64,000 nucleotides of DNA, from the NCBI GenBank assembly GCA_964508365.1, contig CAZDTP010000010.1, positions 1 to 64,000 of the forward strand, given 5' to 3'. Origin of the DNA: an uncultured archaeon. Its GTDB lineage: Archaea > Asgardarchaeota > Lokiarchaeia > Sigyniarchaeales > SOKP01. The stretch's first letter is position 1; every line of letters starts with the position of its first letter. Below, piece after piece: positions 60,014 through 64,000 of the stretch. The notes under the pieces were generated by a model, which did not search any database, was not told the DNA's origin, and was given only the letters and a program-made list of their open reading frames with translations. The translations under genes were made by a program, and so were the position numbers.

Positions 60014-60952
60014 ATGGTATCTATTAAAGAAGCATTAGAAATAGGACAAGAAGAATATTTTTTAGCAGGGAATTCCACATGTGCTGGTTGCGGTCTTGAA
60101 ATAGCTATAAGATGGGCTATGAAAGCTCTTGGACCAAATACCTCTCTCGTTACCCCTGCTAGTTGTTTAAATGTTGTTGTAGGTTTATGGCCAAAGACAG
60201 CACCAAACTTTCCCTTTATGAATATGGCGTTTGCTGCTGCTGCTGCTGCTGCCACAGGAATTTCAGCAGCTTTTAAAGTAAAAGCTCGTAGATTTCCAGG
60301 CAAAGTTTGGGAAAAAATGACAACTTTAGTTTTTGCTGGTGATGGGGGAACTACAGATATTGGAATTCAAGGTTTAAGTGGTGCTGCTGAAAGGAACTCT
60401 GATTTCATATATTGTTGTTACGATAATGAAGCATATATGAATACTGGAATTCAACGATCGTCTAGTACTCCACATGGTGCAATAACAACTACAACCACAT
60501 TAGGAAAAGAACGATATAAGAAAGACCTACCTAGAATAATGGCGGCACACGATATTCCTTATGTTGCTACTTGTTCTGTAAGCGAACCTCTTGACATCTA
60601 TGAGAAATTTAAAAAAGCAAAATCTATTGATGGTTGTAAGTATATTCATATTCTTGCCTCGTGTCCTCCTGGATGGGGTATTGCATCCGAAGATGCTATC
60701 GAAATTCCTCGATTAGCTGTTAAAACGGGATCTTGGATTTTATACGAAATCGAAAATGGTGTATTGACATTATCAAAAAAAAGTAAACCTTTGTTAGATC
60801 CCTCAAAAAGAGCTCCGCTAATTGAATACTTATCGAGACAAAAAAGATTTTCAAAATTGTCTGAAAAAGACTTAATTGAACTTCAAGAAATACTCGATCT
60901 TCAGTGGTCTAAAATCGCTGATGAATTATCCTGCCAAGAAAATCATCAGTGA
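60014..60952 (+). CDS. porB: 2-oxoacid:ferredoxin oxidoreductase beta subunit
   Basis: CAGCG, GDGGT.DIG.QGLSG, YDNEAYMNTGIQRS, CPPGW. Confidence 0.94.
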   Translation: MVSIKEALEIGQEEYFLAGNSTCAGCGLEIAIRWAMKALGPNTSLVTPASCLNVVVGLWPKTAPNFPFMNMAFAAAAAAATGISAAFKVKARRFPGKVWEKMTTLVFAGDGGTTDIGIQGLSGAAERNSDFIYCCYDNEAYMNTGIQRSSSTPHGAITTTTTLGKERYKKDLPRIMAAHDIPYVATCSVSEPLDIYEKFKKAKSIDGCKYIHILASCPPGWGIASEDAIEIPRLAVKTGSWILYEIENGVLTLSKKSKPLLDPSKRAPLIEYLSRQKRFSKLSEKDLIELQEILDLQWSKIADELSCQENHQ

Positions 60953-61047
60953 AGCTTTTTTTATTATATAATTAAGCAATAATCCAAATGAATCCAAATG
61001 GATTTTTTTAATAAAGTTTAAAGGAAGAGTTATTCTAGATTGAAATT

Positions 61048-62499
61048 ATGAGGAAGGAAGATATTTGTTTCATGTCTGCTTTTGAAATGGCAGAAAAAAT
61101 TAAAACACAAGAGTTAACATCTCAAGAAATTATAGAGACGATCATCGAAAGAATTCAAAAGATAAACCCAATAATTAACGCTTATTGTACTCCAACGCTG
61201 GAATTAGCAAGAGAGATGGCAAAAGAAGCAGATGGAAGGGTAAAGGAAGGTAAGAAATTCGGAACCTTGAATGGAATTCCAATTTCTATAAAAGACGAAA
61301 CTGAAGTAGAAGGAATACGAACTACATTTGGTAGTAAAATTTTTGAGAATAATAAACCGCGGAGAGACGATATAGTAGTTAAAAGAGCAAGAGAAGCTGG
61401 TACTGTGATTTTAGGTAAAACAAATACTCCCGCTTTTGGATTTAAGGGAGAAACAGATAATTTAATTTTTGGGGTTACCAAAAATCCTTGGAATTTAGAA
61501 AAAACTCCTGGAGGGTCTAGTGGCGGGGCTGCAGCAGCTGTAGCATCTGGACTGAGTCCATTAGCAATAGGCTCAGATGGTGGAGGATCTATTAGGATTC
61601 CTAGTAGTTTTTGCGGTACTTATGGACTCAAACCTACTTTTGGTCGAGTTCCTCAAAGTAATATGTTTTTATTTGGTTATCTTGGTACATTTATTCATAA
61701 AGGTCCAATTGTTAGGTTTGTCAAGGATGCTGCATTATTATTGGATGTGCTGGTAGGAGAGCACTTTTCGGATCGATACTCTTTACCTAAACCAAATTAT
61801 AGTTATTTAGAAAAACTTGATGATAAACCTAAAAAATTGAGAATTGGGTATTCCTTAGATTTAGGATTTGCGGAAGCACTCGATCCTCAAGTTGAAAAAT
61901 CAGTTTTAGATGCTATTCAGAAATTTGAACAGTTAAACTGGTCAGTTGATAAGACTAAGCTTAAAGTGAAAAATCCTGAATCAATATTCTGGACTTTTTG
62001 GGCGTCGGGATTTGGTTATGCATTTCAACCTTTTTTGAAGAAATGGAAAGATAAAATGGATCCTGAATTTGTAGAGATTATTAATATGGGGTTAAGATTT
62101 TCCTCAGTAGACCTGAAAATGGCAGAAGTCCAAAGAGAAATGATATATCTTGACATTTCCAGACTTTTAAGAGATTTTGACATAATTATAACTCCAACTG
62201 TTGCGTGTCCTGCGTTTGAAATAGGTAAATCTGGAATTCACGATATAGAAACGATGAAATCAAATTTAATTATAAATGAAAAAAGAGTTTCACTGTTAGG
62301 CTGGTTATCTTTTACATATCCATTCAATATAAGTGGTCATCCCGCAGCTACAATTCCCTGTGGTTGGTCTAGTGAGGGGCTACCAATAGGAATGCAAATT
62401 GTAGGAAAGAGATTTGATGAATTAACTGTCCTTCAAGTCTCAAAAGCTTTCGAAGATATATCTCCTTGGCAAGATAAAAGACCAATTGTTATTAAATAG
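61048..62499 (+). CDS. Amidase-signature family enzyme
   Basis: GKTNTP, NPW, GGSSGG, GSDGGGSIRIPSS, GLPIGMQ. Confidence 0.92.
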   Translation: MRKEDICFMSAFEMAEKIKTQELTSQEIIETIIERIQKINPIINAYCTPTLELAREMAKEADGRVKEGKKFGTLNGIPISIKDETEVEGIRTTFGSKIFENNKPRRDDIVVKRAREAGTVILGKTNTPAFGFKGETDNLIFGVTKNPWNLEKTPGGSSGGAAAAVASGLSPLAIGSDGGGSIRIPSSFCGTYGLKPTFGRVPQSNMFLFGYLGTFIHKGPIVRFVKDAALLLDVLVGEHFSDRYSLPKPNYSYLEKLDDKPKKLRIGYSLDLGFAEALDPQVEKSVLDAIQKFEQLNWSVDKTKLKVKNPESIFWTFWASGFGYAFQPFLKKWKDKMDPEFVEIINMGLRFSSVDLKMAEVQREMIYLDISRLLRDFDIIITPTVACPAFEIGKSGIHDIETMKSNLIINEKRVSLLGWLSFTYPFNISGHPAATIPCGWSSEGLPIGMQIVGKRFDELTVLQVSKAFEDISPWQDKRPIVIK

Positions 62500-62586
62500 A
62501 TGAAATTTTACATTTAGAAATCTTCCAAACCCCCTATCTAAGTATAAATAAAATTATTTAATGATAAAAAAAGTTAAGTTATATTC

Positions 62587-63255
62587 ATGGGTTTTTTAAT
62601 AAAAATTAAAGGAAAAAACATTCAAGATTTAGAATTTATATTCGAAATTGCAGTGGAGAACATTATTGAGGGTAAATTAATTGCTTATCCAACTAATTCC
62701 GTGTATGGTCTAGGAGGAAACCCACTTGATCTTGAAGTAGTGAATAAAATCTATGATATTAAGTATCGAGATCGATCAAAAGGACTAATATTATTAGTTG
62801 CAGATACTGAAGAAGCAGAAAAAATTGCAAAATTTAACAAAACAAGTTATAAGTTAGCCGAACGCTTCTGGCCTGGTCAATTAACCTTAATATTGAAAAG
62901 AAAAGAACCGAATATAATTCCTATGGAAGTTACTGCTTTTAAAAATACAATTGGTATACGCGTACCAGAAAACGAGATCGTCCTAACTATCCTAAGAAAG
63001 TTAAAATCAAAAGGATATTTTGGTGGAATAATTGGAACTTCAGCTAACTATTCTGGAGAACCTCCATCAATAAGCGGGGATCAAGTTGTTAAAAAATTTT
63101 TAACACCAATAGATCTAATACTTGATGGAGGAAAAACAAAATCGCGAATTCCGACAACTATCATTGATTGCTCCTCACAAGAGTTAAAGATATTGAGAAA
63201 TGGGATTATAACAGAAGAGGAAATTGAAGATTTTATTGAATTAAATAAAGATTAA
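62587..63255 (+). CDS. sua5: Threonylcarbamoyl-AMP synthase (Sua5/TsaC, short form)
   Basis: YPTNSVYGL, K.R, FWPGQLT, RVP, TSAN.SG, PTTII. Confidence 0.92.
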   Translation: MGFLIKIKGKNIQDLEFIFEIAVENIIEGKLIAYPTNSVYGLGGNPLDLEVVNKIYDIKYRDRSKGLILLVADTEEAEKIAKFNKTSYKLAERFWPGQLTLILKRKEPNIIPMEVTAFKNTIGIRVPENEIVLTILRKLKSKGYFGGIIGTSANYSGEPPSISGDQVVKKFLTPIDLILDGGKTKSRIPTTIIDCSSQELKILRNGIITEEEIEDFIELNKD

Positions 63256-63271
63256 CTAATTGGTGTAAATA

Positions 63272-63802
63272 TTGAATAACTTTAATTTATTAGTTTCGAC
63301 CTCGAGATTTAACGAACTGAATGCAAAAGCAGAAATCTGGTTTACTCTGTTAATGTGTGGTGATAAATATCCCATTATATCAGGGATCAAATATCCTGGA
63401 TTAATAACTGCTGCAACCAATATTGAGAATAAAGAAGTTATAAAAAAGATCAAAAAAATCCTCGAAAAAGATCCCGATTTCTTTCAATTTATCCTTAAAA
63501 TTGCCCCTATTGATTATGTGTGTGAAACAAACATAAATATAATAAAAGATTTTGTAGAAAAATATTACCCTCTTTATTTAAACAAAGAAGATTCTTTTAA
63601 GATCGAATTGAATCGTAGAAAAAACGAGATCATAGAAAGAGATACCTTTATTAAAGCGGTAGCAAAAATTATTAATAATAAAGTCGATTTGGATAATCCA
63701 GATAAAATTCTAAGAATTGAACTACTAGGAAATGTTAGTGGAATATCGTTTCTAAATCCCGATGATTTCATTATTATCCATAATAAGTATAATCAGTCCT
63801 AA
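63272..63802 (+). CDS. THUMP-domain protein
   Basis: SFKIELNRR, KVDLDNPD...IELLG. Confidence 0.85.
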   Translation: MNNFNLLVSTSRFNELNAKAEIWFTLLMCGDKYPIISGIKYPGLITAATNIENKEVIKKIKKILEKDPDFFQFILKIAPIDYVCETNINIIKDFVEKYYPLYLNKEDSFKIELNRRKNEIIERDTFIKAVAKIINNKVDLDNPDKILRIELLGNVSGISFLNPDDFIIIHNKYNQS

Positions 63803-63999
63803 AAAGATCTCCTTTTCTCTAAACTTAATAAAGCCATCTTTTCACATATTAGATCATTCAATGCTCCATATAACCTTTCTAAATTTAAAGTTTTTATATC
63901 TATTATGTCGTTTTTATATCCGTAAGACTTCAAGACGGTTAAAATCTGGTTGTCAGAAAATTCAAAATACTTTTTGATGATTTCAAACTTATCAATAGA
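63799..63999 (-). CDS. cgi121: 3' end of a probable KEOPS subunit Cgi121, runs off the window edge; not in the ORF track
   Basis: Manual translation SIDKFEIIKKYFEFSDNQI...LNDLICEKMALLSLEKRRSF*; C-terminal EKMALL resembles Cgi121 and sua5 is nearby. Confidence 0.6.
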   Translation of the reverse strand, partial: SIDKFEIIKKYFEFSDNQILTVLKSYGYKNDIIDIKTLNLERLYGALNDLICEKMALLSLEKRRSF

Positions 64000-64000
64000 T

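Noticed and set aside
60231-60251. (GCT)n trinucleotide run
   Set aside because: Encodes an Ala tract at a position that is normally small-residue-rich in PorB; not a repeat element
60981-61006. AATCCAAATG direct repeat with a short inverted arm
   Set aside because: Only two copies of 10 nt in AT-rich DNA; no CRISPR-like periodicity
61048-62499. Amidase as GatA
   Set aside because: Has GSDGGGSIRIP rather than the GatA-typical GSDTGGSIRQP, and no gatB/gatC is adjacent
693-63977. Numerous short track ORFs overlapping real genes (e.g. 693-947, 5034-5255, 14579-14824, 17003-17338, 43844-44380, 59932-60303, 63762-63977)
   Set aside because: Antisense or off-frame shadows of well-supported genes, with no independent motifs
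1-64000. tRNA, rRNA, CRISPR arrays, transposases and integrases
   Set aside because: No T-loop GTTCRA within cloverleaf context, no long GC-rich RNA gene, no spaced repeats and no transposase or integrase motifs found by eye

Overview
AT-rich (roughly 30% GC by eye, not computed) archaeal chromosomal window, most likely from an Asgard archaeon of the Lokiarchaeia type. The assignment is inferred from archaeal mat, gatDE, fibrillarin/nop5, aIF5A, FEN1, CDC48 and Nob1 together with a Roadblock/LC7 protein, Vps29-like and LITAF-like proteins and bacterial-type metabolic genes; it is not a phylogenetic result. The window is mostly dense housekeeping and metabolic genes: RNA modification, pyrimidine/purine/NAD synthesis, a sugar-catabolism cluster, a 2-oxoacid:ferredoxin oxidoreductase operon and t6A genes. 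A small accessory patch lies between rpl2 and purB. I found no rRNA, tRNA, CRISPR array or intact mobile element. Top finding: an alpha/beta-hydrolase gene (25170-25844, -) is interrupted by a 33-nt insert (25693-25725) carrying an in-frame stop. The insert folds into a canonical bulge-helix-bulge (BHB), and its removal restores the conserved HPHP-x-YGG motif, so it is a candidate tRNA-splicing-endonuclease-type intron in an Asgard mRNA. Second: three conserved genes lack an ATG/GTG/TTG start but have ATC or ACG exactly 7 nt after an AAGGTG Shine-Dalgarno motif. Third: a cluster of AN1-zinc-finger membrane proteases (one a pseudo-rhomboid) sits beside a LITAF-like protein.
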